A stretch of DNA of 64,000 nucleotides from Octopus vulgaris (Eukaryota): assembly GCA_951406725.2 (NCBI GenBank), contig OX597818.1, positions 19,034,001 to 19,098,000 of the forward strand, in the 5' to 3' direction. The position numbers were made by a program, and so were the translations under genes. Under the pieces are notes generated by a model. That model ran no database searches. It saw only the letters and a program-made list of their open reading frames with translations, and was not told the origin of the DNA. Shown piece after piece: positions 26,330 to 40,799 of this stretch; within the stretch, counting starts at the first letter, position 1, and every line of letters begins with the position of its first letter.

Positions 26330-26597
26330 TGGCCACAGTCCCCAGATCTCAATATTATTGAACATTTATGGTGCATTTTAGGAAAACAGGTAAGGAGTCG
26401 ATATCCTCCACCATCATCACTACAAGAACTGGAGACTGTTTTAGCTGAAATATGGATAAAAATTCCTTTGGAAACAATTCAAACTTTGTACGAGTCCATA
26501 CCTCATTGAATTCAAGCTGTAATTTCCGCCAAAGGCGCCCAGTATTAGAGTAAATTTGTTTGAAATTCTAAGGTGTTTCCATTATTTCGTTCACTCT
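26330..26597 (+). mobile_element. Tc1-like transposase 3' fragment with right end
   Basis: WPQSPDLNIIEHLW motif followed by ...LQELETVLAEIWIKIP... Confidence 0.8.
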
Positions 26598-26940
26598 AAT
26601 ATTTTATGTATGATATATGTATGATGCATGTGTGTATGTATGAATGATTATGATGTATGTGCGTACATACGTTGTATTATATATGTATGTGTGCACGTAT
26701 GTACGTATGAGGTATTATGTACGATGCAAGTATGTATGTACGATGCATGCATGTATGATGTATGTATGTATGTATGTATGTAGGCAGGTAGGTATAAATG
26801 TATACATGTATGTATGCATGCATGTGTATAGGTATATATGCATATATACATATTTATATGTATATATATATATATATGTATGTATGTATATATACATATA
26901 TATATGAATATATAAGTATATATATATACATATATGTATA

Positions 26941-26988
<48 letters not shown>

Positions 26989-27167
26989 CATGTATATATG
27001 TGTGTATATACATATAGATGTATATATATATATATATAAATATACATGTATGTATATATATATATATGCATATATATATATGTATATGTATATATGTATA
27101 TAAAATATATATATGCATATATATATATATGTATACATATATATTTATATATATGTATATATATTTG

Positions 27168-27240
<73 letters not shown>

Positions 27241-27254
27241 GTGTGTGTATGTGT

Positions 27255-27445
27255 GTGTGTTTGTACCCCCACCATCGCTTGTCAACAAATGTTGCTGTTT
27301 ACGTCCCCGTAATTTAGCCTTTCGGCAAAACACACCGATAGAATAAGTACTAGGCTTACAAAGAATAAATCATGGACTCGATTTATTCGACAAAAGGTGG
27401 TGCTCCAGCCTGGCCGAAGTCACATGACCGAAACAAGTAAAACAA
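27255..27445 (+). mobile_element. SINE family A, 3' half
   Basis: Matches 3330-3515. Confidence 0.75.
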
Positions 27446-27614
27446 CAGAAAACTATGCCGTTTTAATGCCGAACAACACCGGGTATCTCTGCTTGTATAC
27501 ACACATACATACATACATACATACATACATACATACATACATTGAGCTAAGCTATATAGGTAATATACACACACACATATACATACATATGTATACATGT
27601 ATATACGAAATAAA

Positions 27615-27665
<51 letters not shown>

Positions 27666-28094
27666 CACACACATGTATACATACATACATAGATGCAGAC
27701 ATACATACGTATTATGCATACATATACATCATACTGACATGCACGCGCGTGTGTGTGTGTATGTGTGTGTGTGTGCGAGCGCGTGTGTATGCATCATAAC
27801 AAATTGACAAACGATATGCAAGCTATAGAAAATTACGAGCAATCTCTGTTCCCTGTCTCTCGAATCTGCTTTGTAAGTGACAGATGCCGTCTCCTCTTTT
27901 GCTGGATTGGTTGAGAGCCAAAAAGCAAAATTCTACAACCAACTAGTGTTTGTAGGCGACTGGAACCATTAGTCACACGAAATCTAATCGCTTGAGCAAC
28001 GACAAAAAATTAAATTGCTTCTTGACAAATATTTTAGTATTCGTCATTTTCTACCTCACCAAAGTGCGATAAATTTGTCAGTGAACGTTAAATG

Positions 28095-29820
28095 ATATGC
28101 ATGTATGTATGTATGTATGTATGTATGTATGTATGTATGTATGTATGTATGTATGTATGTATGTATGTATGTATGCATGTATGTATGTATGTATGTATGC
28201 ATGTATGTATGTATGTATGTATGTATGTATGTATGTATGTATGTACGTATGTATGTATGTATGTATGTATGTATGTATGTATGTATGTATGTATGTATGT
28301 ATGTATGGTATATGTATGCATGAATATATGCATGCATGTATGTAGGTATACATGTATGCATGTATATATGGTATATGTCTATGTATGTATGCATGAATTA
28401 TGCTTATATGTATGATATATGTAAGATATATGTATGTATGCATGTATGTATGTATGTATGTATGTATGTATGTATGTATGTGGGTAGGTAGGTAGGTAGG
28501 TAGGTAGGTAGGTAGGTAGGTAGGTAGGTAGGTAGGTAGGAATGTATGCATGTATGTATGATATATATTTGTATGATGTATATATGAATGTATGATGTAT
28601 GTATGTATGTACGTATGTATGTGGGTAGGTAGGTAGGTAGGTAGGTAGGTAGGTAGGTAGGTAGGTAGGTAGGTTTGTAGGAATGTATGCATGTATGTAT
28701 GATATATATTTGTATGATGTATATATGAATGTATGATGTATTATGTATGTGTGTGGGTAGGTAGGTAGGTAGGTAGGTAGGTAGGTAGGTAGGTAGGTAG
28801 GTAGGTAGGTATGAATGTATGCACGTATGTATGATATATATTTGTATGATGTATACATAAATGTATGATGTATTATGTATGTATGTATGCATTATGTATG
28901 TATAGTATGTGAGTACGTGTGTATTTATGTATGATATAAGATGTATGTGTGTATATATGATGTATTATGCATGTATGTATGCTGTATGTATGTATAGTAT
29001 GTAAGTACGTATGTATTTATGCCTGATATATGATGTATGTGTGTACATATGATGTATTATATATGCATGTATGTATATTATATGCATGATGTATGTATGT
29101 GTGCATGTATGTATGAGGTATTATGTATGATGTATGTATGTACGGTGTATGTATGTATCATGTATGAATGTATACATGTATGTATGATATATGTTTGTAT
29201 GATGTATATATGAACGTATGATGTATTATGCATGTATGTATCTATGCATATGTGTATGTATGGCATGTGAGTACGTATGATGTATTCATGTATGCATGAA
29301 TGTATGTACGTATTATGACGTATGATGTATGTATGTATTTATGCATGATGTATGATGTATGTATGGACATATGATTATCATGTATGTATGCATGTATGTA
29401 TGTATGATCTATGTGTGTATCGTGTATATATGATGTATGTATGTATCTATTCATGTATGTATGGTATGTGAGTATGTATGTATGATCTATCTATGTATTT
29501 ATGAATGTATGTACGTATGATGTATGTGTGTACATATGATGTATTATGTATGCATGTATGTATGTATGATGCATGAATGCATGTACCTATGTATGATGTA
29601 TGTATGATGTATATATGTATGTATGTATGATGTATGTGTTCAGATGATGTATTATGTATGCATGCATGTATGTATGCATGCATGTATGTATGCATGTATG
29701 TATGTATGTATGTATGTTTGTATGTTTGTATGTATGTATGTATGTATGTATGTATGTATGTATGTGTATGCATGTATGTGTGTGTGTGTGTATGTACATA
29801 TGTTTGTATGTATGTATGTC
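28095..29820. repeat. About 1.7-kb compound (TATG)n/(TAGG)n microsatellite with higher-order units
   Basis: Three (TAGG)n blocks, each followed by a near-identical aatgtatgcatgtatgtatgatatatatttgtatgatg spacer (28480, 28621, 28753). Confidence 0.9.
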
Positions 29821-30205
29821 ATTATTCAGTTTTATTTCAAGATTTCTTGCAAATAGAGAAAAGGGCTGGCTTCTAACCTAGAAACAAGACTCCTTCATTG
29901 GAACATCAACAGGGTATTTTTGTAGGTATGTATATGTACAGATTTATATGCTTTGTTTCATGTATGTATTCTCAGGCATATAGTTGCATATCTAGCCATG
30001 CTCATATATATTTAAATGATAAACTTCCGGAGAGTTTTACAAATGTTTCAGTTCAAATGTCGGCTTGGATCTCCTTTATGGTTTTGAGAAGCCTAACTTC
30101 TCAAGATTGGTATTTAGGCAGTGTGTTACATATCTTAGAGTCCCAATAACTGCAGGTATAAATCTGAACTTATAATCTGGATAGAGTCGTTGATAGAGTA
30201 GTTGT
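29820..30205 (-). mobile_element. 3' end of an RLE-type non-LTR retrotransposon (R4/NeSL-like)
   Basis: LYPDYKFRFIPAVIGTLRYVTHCLNTNLEKLGFSKP resembles the restriction-like endonuclease C-terminus; the 3'UTR runs into (CATA)n. Confidence 0.65.
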
Positions 30206-30269
30206 ATGTATGTATGTATGTATGTATGTGCATCCGCAATTGGGGTCTGGTTCGGAGGATCTCGGATTT

Positions 30270-30753
30270 TTGAGGTGTGTGAAATCACCTCTTATTCCTT
30301 ATTGTTCCGGCATACTTACGGCGACGAGGCAATGGGTTGTACGCAATGCTTCAAGAGGTACGGCGCTTTAAAAGCGGAAGAACATCTCTGGGAGATGGTG
30401 AGCAATCTAGAAGACCTGCCACGAGCGTCACTCCGGAAATGTGGTATTCGACCCCCATGACCAGTTCTCTTCACTCCCGAGTTTCTCGTCAAAAGCAACA
30501 TGGTATCGCTTCCGCGCCTGCCTTATTCGTCAAATTTGGCGCCTGCGAAATTCTATCTCTTCCCAAAGATGAAAACGCAGCTCAAATGTCGCCATTGTAA
30601 CACCGTTGCCTAGATCCAGAGCGAATCACAGAAGGTCCACGACTCCCTTATGGACAACGAATTCCGGGCCGGATTCCAAAAGTAGCAGGAATTGTGGGAC
30701 CAGTGTATTGCTGTGCAAGGTAACTATTTCAAAGGAGATGACGTTAAAACTTA
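30270..30753 (+). mobile_element. Internally deleted mariner remnant with right TIR
   Basis: RFKSGRTSLGDGEQSRRP, then PYSSNLAPA-like and LPKMKTQLK...WDQCIAVQGNYFKGD; ends ttttgatactgcctcg-TA. Confidence 0.8.
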
Positions 30754-31968
30754 GGTAAATAAGTTATTTTTTATTAAACATAATTCGTACGGGAACCTTT
30801 TGATACTGCCTCGTATGTATGTATGTATGTATGTATGTATGTATGTATGTATGTATGTATGTATGTATGTATGTATGTAGGCATAAATGTGTATGTATTG
30901 AATAAACAATTTTATAATGATTTTTATCTTTTAAAGCAAGGTTTTAATTTTAGATAATTTTGAGTGAGTTCTTTGGGGATTCTTTCAAACTGTAAGATTC
31001 TCAAACCAATTATAATAGAGTTTCATAGTTTCATCTTCGGAAAAAAATGAATGTTGAAGTTTGTTGCTACTATTATACAAAAATGAAGGCCAAATGCCAC
31101 TGGTGTAGACATTACCACAGGAATTTGAGTTTTGGACGTTAGTTTTATACTCCAACTGTCTTGTGTTTATTTTGTTTCATGTGTACTAGACCGTTTGCAT
31201 GTGTTTACTTAGCTACTGTGTTTCTGTATTATTACTTCCATAATTAATCAACTAGCTTTGCATAAAATTCTGTGGGGGATAGAAATGTTATATACTATTG
31301 TTTCCTTGTTTGCATTTTTTATGCTGCATGATGTGATGCATTGCAAAAGCTCTTGTAAGTACATGCAAACTGCGAAAGCCAGTCGTACTTGTATGTCCAA
31401 TGTAAGAGTTGAAGATACAAAGTTTACTATTTTCACGTTTGCAACCGAATTTATAAATCGCTTAGGTTGTTCTTGTGTCTTACCACAGGTAAGAAAATTG
31501 CAATTTTAGTGCACTTGTAGTGTGTTGTTACTGATAAACAATTGCTTATAATGAATTTTGTGCTTTCTCTACGAGCTATATAATTAATAAGTATTTGATT
31601 CATATACCTAAATGAAAAACTGTTTTTCCATATACGAAATATATGTACATGTGTGTGAGTGTGTATGTATATGAGTATATACATACTCACGTATATATTT
31701 ATAAATATGCATATATGTTTGTGTATATATAAATGTAAAAGACCGAGAAAACATGGTCTATTGGTCCTGCTAAAGTTAGAAGGGAGGAGTCGCTACCTTG
31801 ATCACAATATATCAAACACAGATTGCTTGTCGATAACCAGCTGGGAAAGATATATTCCTGGGGTTAACATATTTTCCTGGGGTAACATACTTTTGCGTAG
31901 AATTGCCACGTTATGTTAGCAACTAAATGTTACTTCTCAGTATCGTTACTACTTAAATATCTGAAAAG

Positions 31969-32021
<53 letters not shown>

Positions 32022-32042
32022 TCTGTAACGTTCACAGGCTAA

Positions 32043-32290
32043 CTAATATAATCCCATAGTATGTGACCAAATGAGGTTTATTTTTAAACATTCTCCTCCT
32101 TGCGGTCCACACATTTCCTCCATCAGTGTTGCAGTGCTCGGATCCCATATCGTGAAGAAGCGTTCATCCTCTTGGTCAAAAACGTCATCAACAGCAGACA
32201 TAATACCATCTTCACTGTCATAGTGGTTCCCAGCCAAGTGCTTTTTCACGTTGAGGTACAGATGATTGTCAAATGGGGCCAAATCAGGAG
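32043..32290 (-). mobile_element. Mariner transposase C-terminal fragment
   Basis: PDLAPFDNHLYLNVKKHLAGNHYDSEDGIMSAV. Confidence 0.8.
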
Positions 32291-32645
32291 ATTTAATTTG
32301 CTTTGCAGGAAGGATTGTTTCAACGATGTCGCGTATTGTCCTTGCCTTCGAGCGCAGAGTAGATGAAGCAGGGACAACTGATGAAGGGGAAGTCTTTATG
32401 TTGCATGTCTCGTTTCTCTGTTATTTTCGTTGTTCAAAAAAAAATTCGTTTTCTATGTTTTTGTTTTTGTTTTCGTTTCTCATTGTGTTCAACGTTTTAT
32501 TTTTTTTATATCCTGTACCCATATATGCATGTATATATACATATATAAGTAGATATGTACATACATGTATGTATATATGCATATATTTATATATTATTTA
32601 TATTATTATATGATCGAACGCCACGCATCCTTTCCCAAGTAAGTT

Positions 32646-32772
<127 letters not shown>

Positions 32773-32774
32773 AC

Positions 32775-32981
32775 CAACAATTGAGGAACGGCTATAATAG
32801 GCCGTTCGACCCACTAGAAATAGCAGCCAGGGCTCCAAACAATGCATTGTCTAAAGAAGAACAGGGTAAATGTTTTTTTAATTTTTCCTCTGATTTCGGA
32901 ATTACTACTATTTGCGGTTGGAGCCCTGGCTGCTATTTCTAGTGGGTTGAACGGCCTATTATAGCCGTTCCTCAATTGTTG
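32775..32981. repeat. Inverted repeat (64-bp arms, 79-bp spacer) in an element between (TA)n tracts
   Basis: caacaattgaggaacggctataataggccg...ggctccaa versus ttggagcc...cctcaattgttg; 1 mismatch. Confidence 0.92.
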
Positions 32982-33077
32982 TTGAATTTATTAATAGTCT
33001 CTGACTATTTCCTCTTTCTCACTAGACCGCTGGTGGCAAAATAATTTCTATTGAATTTTTTGCTACCCTAATATTGA

Positions 33078-33149
<72 letters not shown>

Positions 33150-33309
33150 TATAGTTTAAGATCACCTAAACTTATTTTGAAAAACATCTACAAAATGGGT
33201 ATAAGTGAGAGATTCTGGTGAAATATCGTATTAATGTATACTTTCATTCATTGGGTGACATGATTAACTCTGCAACTAAACAAAACTCGGGAAAAGCAGA
33301 GAAAAGCTC

Positions 33310-34330
33310 TAAATCTTAGACTCATCGAAAAATACGCCCTTGGCCTTGGCGACTGCGGATCTTACCCTGGGCATTCCTTCGAGAAATGAAAGCAAATATT
33401 CACTGGTAATATTTTGCTACCTCTCTTATAAGAGTGTTGAGAGGGTTTCTGCACTGCTTGGTTGTCGCTTTTTGATTCTTCGGTCCAATTCCTGCCACAC
33501 AATTTCGATGGGATTGCAATCAGGGGATTGGGCTGGCCATTCAATTACAGTCAACTTTTTTTCATCTATTTTCTGGTGTAAATAGATTAGGCATAGCTTA
33601 GAAGTATGCTTAGGATCGTTATCTTGCATCTGCACGAAATGCTAGGCGAAGCCTCGTCCCAGATAGAATGGCATGACGCCGGAGAACACAATGATACCCG
33701 TTTTGGTTCAGCATTTTTGTTACTAGATGAATATCCCAACACTATTGCTTGTAAAACATCACCAGATCATCACACTTCCCCTGCCATACTTTACAGTTGG
33801 AATTATACACTTAGGACTCAATCCATACTTCAATTCTTCGCCTAGCATAAACTCTACGCAGGGATCCAAAGATTTCAAACTTTGATTCATCAGTCCAGAA
33901 GACTAGCTTCCATTGATCAACGATCCATGTTTGGTGTTTTCTGGCCCATATGAGTCGCTTACGTTTATTCACAGGTCGAAGCAGTGGTTTCCTGGCAGTG
34001 CAACGACCGTTCAGACCAGCAGCATTGAGTCCTCACGAGTCCTCATAGTAGTAGGAGACACATTAGCTTCGCTGGCTTCACTTACTTGTGCAGTGATTTC
34101 ATTCGCTGTCAAGCGCCTATTTCGAAGACTGGTGACTCTAATGAACTTATCCTGTGATTTAGAAGTCATTTTGGACTACCTAATTAAGCTCTGTTGTAAT
34201 TTTTTTCTGTTTCATTATACTTTACAATGGCGGAGATGATGACAGTGTAGGAAACTTCAACGTTTTTGGCTACATCTCGAAAACAATAGCCTTCACTACG
34301 TAATGTGACAATGATGTTATCTCAACCGAC
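33310..34330 (-). mobile_element. Tc1-like transposase pseudogene
   Basis: FWTDESKFEIFGS, QDNDPKHTSK, WPAQSPDCNPIEIVW (DD34E motifs); disrupted. Confidence 0.92.
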
Positions 34331-34651
34331 AACACACAAGGAGTGTAAGTAATCAAAATGTAATGCAATGTTGCCAAATAGTGAACGCTCAAATGCCTTT
34401 GACAACATTCCCGAATAGGCTTGCCCTAAAAAAATATGATTATTTACATATAAAATATGTATAAATAGCGTTAATCCATATCGAATTAACCCTAAACTTT
34501 GGGGTTAGGGTTACGGTTAAGCTATTCCATATGTTTATATTTTTTAGCTACTCCATATTTTTATACCAAAAAATTATCTAAATTGTTGACATTGAACTAA
34601 AAATTCCACTTTGAAACAAATTTTTGTAGGTAACTTAAACTTTTGGATAGT

Positions 34652-34715
<64 letters not shown>

Positions 34716-34731
34716 CATGTATGTTTGTATG

Positions 34732-34810
<79 letters not shown>

Positions 34811-35285
34811 ACCATTATTTACGGTTAACATAGCAATAGTTATATCACATGCACGAACTCACCTTCGCACAACTCACTCCCATTACAGTATGACAGACAC
34901 ATCTGCGTTTACACACATGCACACATTCACTAACACATACACAGACACGTATTTCACTTTGGTCGTGTATCTGAAAGACACTCTGTTAGCCAACTATACT
35001 GCTTCCAGTCAGTCAACGACTGATATGTACCTGAACACCTACTCACAGAGACAGCTACAATATTACATATAGACACATTACTATGTCTTTACACACTCAT
35101 GTACATATATAAACGCAGATGTTCACAAACATACAAATACATATAGACACACACATAAACACACAACACAAGAAGATCCACACACCCACACTTAAAACAC
35201 GTTACTATATCCGGTCAGTCAACGACCAACATATATACACGATCACATGCACAGTCACGATACACTGTGGTAGTAAAAGAAGTAA

Positions 35286-35780
35286 ACTTCCTTTCTGAAT
35301 CATATCGACTTATAAGGGCCGGTTCCCCGGTTTCCTTTATGTATATATTTTCCCCCCTGGACGGGAGACCAGTTTGTTGCAGGATTATTCATTTTTGCCA
35401 ATTGATTTGACTGGAGCAACGTGAAATGAAATGTTTTGCTCAAGAACACAACGCGTCGTCCGGTCCGGAAATCGAAACCACAATCTTATGATCACGAGTC
35501 CAGCATCCTAACCACTAAGCCATGTACCTGAAATAAAGATGTAAAGTTATCTTCTCGAGTCATACCGACTCATGAGGGTCGGTTTCCCGGCTTCTATGGT
35601 GTATATATTCCCCACCTGGACGGGACTCTAGTCCGTCACGGGATTACTCATTTTTGCCAGCTGGGTAATGTGAAAAGAAGTGTTTTGCTCAAGAACACAA
35701 CGCGTCACCCGGTCCAGGAATCGAGACCAAAATCTTACGAACATGAGTCTAGCACTCTATCCATTAAGCCACGCGCGTCT
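35286..35780 (-). mobile_element. Two tandem SINE copies related to family D
   Basis: About 250-bp unit repeated (35286-35530, 35544-35780), each with ttttgctcaagaacacaacgcgtc...ccggtcc...aatcga. Confidence 0.8.
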
Positions 35781-36066
35781 ACTACACTATGACAGGTAAA
35801 TACATTTCTGTGCGCGAGCGCACACACACACATACGCGCACGTACTCATATGCACATATAAAGGCACACACACACACACATATACACAGATATACACACG
35901 ATAGTCATTCAAAAAACATGTGTAATCGAGTGAGACAACCAAAGACCCACTCACGCACAGAAATTGCCTTCCCACATTACTCACAAACGCAGATACACAT
36001 GATCACACACACACACTCTCTTTCTTTCTCTCTCACACACACACACATACACACACACACTCTCTT

Positions 36067-36132
<66 letters not shown>

Positions 36133-36145
36133 TCACACACTCACT

Positions 36146-36183
<38 letters not shown>

Positions 36184-36572
36184 ACGCACACACTAACACT
36201 ATTAACACTTTACAGATACACGCCTATCTTTGCATTCACTTCTCGGTCTTAAAGCAGCCAATATATTTCACCAGCGAACTCCCGGTCAATCCACAGCCAG
36301 TATGGCACAGCAACACCACTGGATTTCCTCACCAGGATTACAATTTTCCTTCGCCTTCCCTCTTCACTTTTCTCTCTCAAGATGAAGGTATGTCCGAAAG
36401 GTTCGAGTAATTAAATTTTTAAGACCGATGGTGAACTTATCCTTATTTTCTTGTTTTTCTTTTTGTATTTATATTTGGTCCTTCGCTCTCTCACTCTTTT
36501 TCAGTCTCTCTCCCTCTTTTTCTCAATTACGCTTCCTCTTTCCGTCTCTCTCTCCCCCTCACACACACATAC

Positions 36573-36651
<79 letters not shown>

Positions 36652-36694
36652 TGTGTATGTGTGTGTGTGAGTGTGTGTATACATAGATAGACAA

Positions 36695-36838
<144 letters not shown>

Positions 36839-36874
36839 TTGAAATTTATAGAAAAACAAAAGACGAAGGCAGGT

Positions 36875-37135
36875 GTCATCATCATCATTGTTCGACCGTG
36901 GTCGAGACAATGGAATTTACCATGCTACGCCAGACTTCACGGTCCATTACGGAGGTCCTGTTGCTGGATGCCTGTATCCCTGGAGATTACATCAGGGTAG
37001 GAGAGTGTGCGCCCTCTGGTATTGCGAGTAGATGGCTTCCAGAGGAGAAGAGTAGAAATTACCTCTTTTTCAGCTCTACAACAATATCCAGCAAACTGGA
37101 CTCTCTTACTTTTCACAAGGCAGGTGTAGGAACAA
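36875..37135 (-). mobile_element. RTE-clade LINE 3' end with (TGA)n tail
   Basis: QFAGYCCRAEKEVISTLLLWKPSTRNTRGRTLSYPDVISRDTG, a typical RTE ORF C-terminus. Confidence 0.75.
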
Positions 37136-38380
37136 CAAGCAAGTGTATTAGTTTGACGGTCAGGAAAATGGGTAACGATCTTCGACAGAAGGAAATAAGA
37201 GGTAATTAAAAGAAAGAGAAGGAAAAAAACATGTTGCGACTCAGCGGTCCAACATGGCGAATGATTGAAAAAAGAGAGGTAGAATGAAAGGGAGGTAATA
37301 ACAAACAGAAGTTGAATGAAAGGGAAATAATAATGATTATCCCAACAAGCTGAGGTGCGCAAGAATCCGTGTGTGTGATTGTATAAGTGTGCATGTGTGA
37401 ATGGGAGAGAGTGAGTTTAACGTGTGTGTGTGTGTGTGTAACGTGTGTGTGTTGTGTGCAGCAGTTGATGTGTGTTTTTATACGTGTTGTGTGTACATGT
37501 GTATGTGTGTGCATGTGTCTGTGACTAAATAGGGTGCATATATATAGCGTATGTATGTGGGTGAAAGTTATCTTTGTCTGTGTTGCGTGTGTTTGTGCGT
37601 GTTTCGTGTGTGTATATATATATATTGTCTGCGTTCAGGTATTATGCGCTTGTGTGGGTGTGGGAGTGTGCCTGATGGTGTCCGGTGTGTGTGTACTGAG
37701 CTAAACAATGTGTGTGGCTGTTCATATAGTGGTACATGTGGTGATGCTTTTGAAGATTGAGTGTGGGTATGTGGATGATGGTGTGTGCTGTGAGTGCTGA
37801 GAAGTGGTCACTGCTAGTGTGGGTCGAGTGGGAAGGCGTTGTGCCTGTGTGGGTAGTGGTGTGTGAAGTGAGTGATGAGTTGAACAGTGTGTATGTGTCT
37901 GTTTATAGTGATGCGTGTGGGTGAAGGTGCCGAGGTGGGTTATATGCAGGTGTGTATGTGGAGGGGGACAGTAGAATTTGGGAGGTGAGTGAGAATCCGT
38001 GTGGGGATGGTCTTAAATGAAGATAGGTGGTGAGGTTGGTGTCAGATGAAGAGAGAAGGTGAGTTCAGCCCATGTGGCGCAAAGGAATGAAAAGACAAGA
38101 CTAATTCCAGTTCACGGCAAAAGCGGGAGTCCGGGTAGCTCCTGTGCAGAGACAGTCTGAACATAGACAGTTGTTGTAGACAATGACCTGCAGAGAAGAA
38201 ATGGCACGAGACCGGGTTGTCATTACCGGCCTTGATGTCTCAGAGATGTTCCACAAACCGGTCAGCCAAGTGACGTCCAGTTTGACCAATGTACAAGGAA
38301 GGACAGAGAGCGCAGAAAATGCAGTAAATAACATTTCTAGAAGTGCAGGTAAAGGAGTTAGTGATGCTATAGAGACGGTG
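37120..38380 (-). mobile_element. Penelope-like retroelement 3' remnant (GIY-YIG plus 3' region)
   Basis: FTCTSRNVIYCIFCALCPSLYIGQTGRHLADRFVEHL*...FAPHGLNS; same family as 10790-11670. Confidence 0.88.
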
Positions 38381-38554
38381 ATGATACACACACACACACA
38401 CATACATAAACGAGGAGCGGCACCCGGCGTTGCCCGTGGATAATATATGTGTGTTGTGTGCATGAATACAGCTATGCACGCATGTATGAATACATGAATA
38501 TGAACCTATATATAGAGATATATAGATATACATACACGTACTACACACATACAT

Positions 38555-38815
38555 ACTGGTGGGGACAAACACAAAGGTACACGCACACAAAGGTACACAC
38601 ACACAAACACACATACACACACATATATATATTTGTGTGTGTATGTATGTGCGCGTGTAATGAGCTTCTTACAGTTTCCATCTACCAAATCCACTCACTA
38701 GGCTTTAGCCGACCTGTGCCTAAAGTAGAAGACACCTGCCCATGGTCCCATGCAGTGGGACTTAATTCGGAATGAAGTGGATATGAAGCAAACTTCTTAA
38801 CACACAGCCACACTT
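38555..38815 (-). mobile_element. SINE family A copy (diverged)
   Basis: cagtttccatctaccaaatccactcac...gcagtgggac. Confidence 0.75.
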
Positions 38816-39179
38816 TCGTCAAATGACTCCTTATTTATGTTTGGACGATGTTGGCCACATTTGGATTAAACTTTTATTCTAAATCCAAACTTTGTCTGGA
38901 CATGGAACTAATGTGCTTGCAAATGTTCAATTAATTACTCTATAGAGAGTACACTGAACTCTTACTCGAAACAGGTAGAGTACGCTTGAATTTTATATAA
39001 ACCAAAGAGACTAAAACTATATATATATATATTCTTTTATTGTTTCAGTCATTTGACTGGAGCCATGCTGGAGCACCGCCTTTTAGTCGAAGAAATCGAC
39101 GGCTGAATTTATTCGTTATAAACCTGGTACTTTTTCTGTCAGTCTCTTCTACCAAATATATATATATATATATATATAT

Positions 39180-39622
39180 ATAACATAATATAATATTTTA
39201 ATGAAAACAACAAATAATGCGGGGTTTTTTCAATTGCATGAACTAAAAGTCCGAGCAGGGCGGGATAAACTTTCTGCATCAACTTGCATTCCAAAGCTTG
39301 GAGCAGTTTGAATGGGAAACGATGCCCCACGCACTATATTCGCTGGGCACTGCCCCATCTGATTATCATTTATTCCGCAGTTTTCAAAATCATTTGAATG
39401 GAAAAAATATGAATTCTGTAGACGAGATCAGAACAGTACTGGAAGAGTATTTTTCGTCGTGGACAGGTGAATTTCGGAAGAAGGGCCTTGCAAGTCTACA
39501 AGATAGATGGAAGAGCATTGTAGAAAATGAAGGAGAGTATATTTTAGATTAAAACATAACTTTATCTTAATTTTGAAAAATAAAAGAAATATTTAAAAAA
39601 ACGCCTTATTTATGGGATGTCC
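39180..39622 (+). mobile_element. Internally deleted mariner element
   Basis: EWETMPHALYSLGTAPSDYHLFRSFQNHL...RWKSIVENEGEYILD*, followed by TIR-like ttatttatgggatgtccc-TA. Confidence 0.85.
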
Positions 39623-39662
39623 CTATATATATATATACAGACAGACAGACAGACAGGCAGGC

Positions 39663-39856
<194 letters not shown>

Positions 39857-40104
39857 AATATAATGGATATTATATAATAGATAGGTATATAATCGAAAGA
39901 CATGTTACTAAGCGTGAAGTTTTCGCTCATTCACTTTGGAAAGAGGTTGTATTTAGTGATATTCTCTTTCCACGAGACAGCTTCTCGCAGTGTCAAATAA
40001 TATCTGACATCTGTAAGAGTCAGTAAAAACACTTGATACAGACCATACATCAACAATGATGTCTCTATGGGTGGCAGAATATGCTCATGGATCCTAAACA
40101 GTCA

Positions 40105-40500
40105 TTGCAGAGTGGTAAGAAGCTTGCTTCCTAACCACATGATTCCGGCATCAGTCCCACTGCGTGGGACTTTGGGCAAACTCTCTTCTGCTATAGCCTC
40201 AGGGAGACCAAAGGCTTGTGAGTGGATTTGGTAGGCGGAAACTGAAGGAGGCCCGTTGTATACATGTGTATGTGCGCGAGCGCGTGTATATGTGTCTTTG
40301 TGTCCATGGAAGTCCCCCTCTGCTACTTGACAACCGGTGTTGGTGTGTTTACGTCTCCGTTATTTAGCAGTTCGGTAAAAGGCACCGATAGAATAAGTAC
40401 TAGGCTGCAAAAAAGACCTGGGGTCGTTTCGCTCGATTCAAATCCTTCAAAGTGCTGCTCCACAATGACCGCAGTGAAATGACTGAAACAAGTAAAATAT
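40105..40500 (+). mobile_element. SINE family A copy (diverged)
   Basis: Colinear with 3105-3540. Confidence 0.8.
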
Positions 40501-40799
40501 ATGTAAAAGATCCCATTACATTTAAACTATGTCTGAGCAAATTCCACAAGAAATAACACAAATTATTATCACTCAAACAGATTTTGGACAATACGCTCTT
40601 ACTCGTTTTGGCTATGGTGTCCCAGACCTAGTAATGATTGAAATCTATCTGAGTAATCTAAATCATGTATGTACGTATCCATGTATGTACGTATGTATGT
40701 ATGTATGTATGTATGTATGTATGTATGTATGTATGTATGTATGTATGTATGTATGTATGTATGTATGTATGTATGTGTGTGTGTGTGTTTGTGTGTGTG

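Noticed and set aside
34485-34520. TTAGGG-like telomeric repeats in a small hairpin
   Set aside because: Only 2-3 imperfect units; not an interstitial telomere array.
38410-38442. Helitron-like 3' hairpin (cccggcgttgcccgtgg) on the minus strand
   Set aside because: Terminal CTAG is mutated and no matching body was found; too short to annotate.
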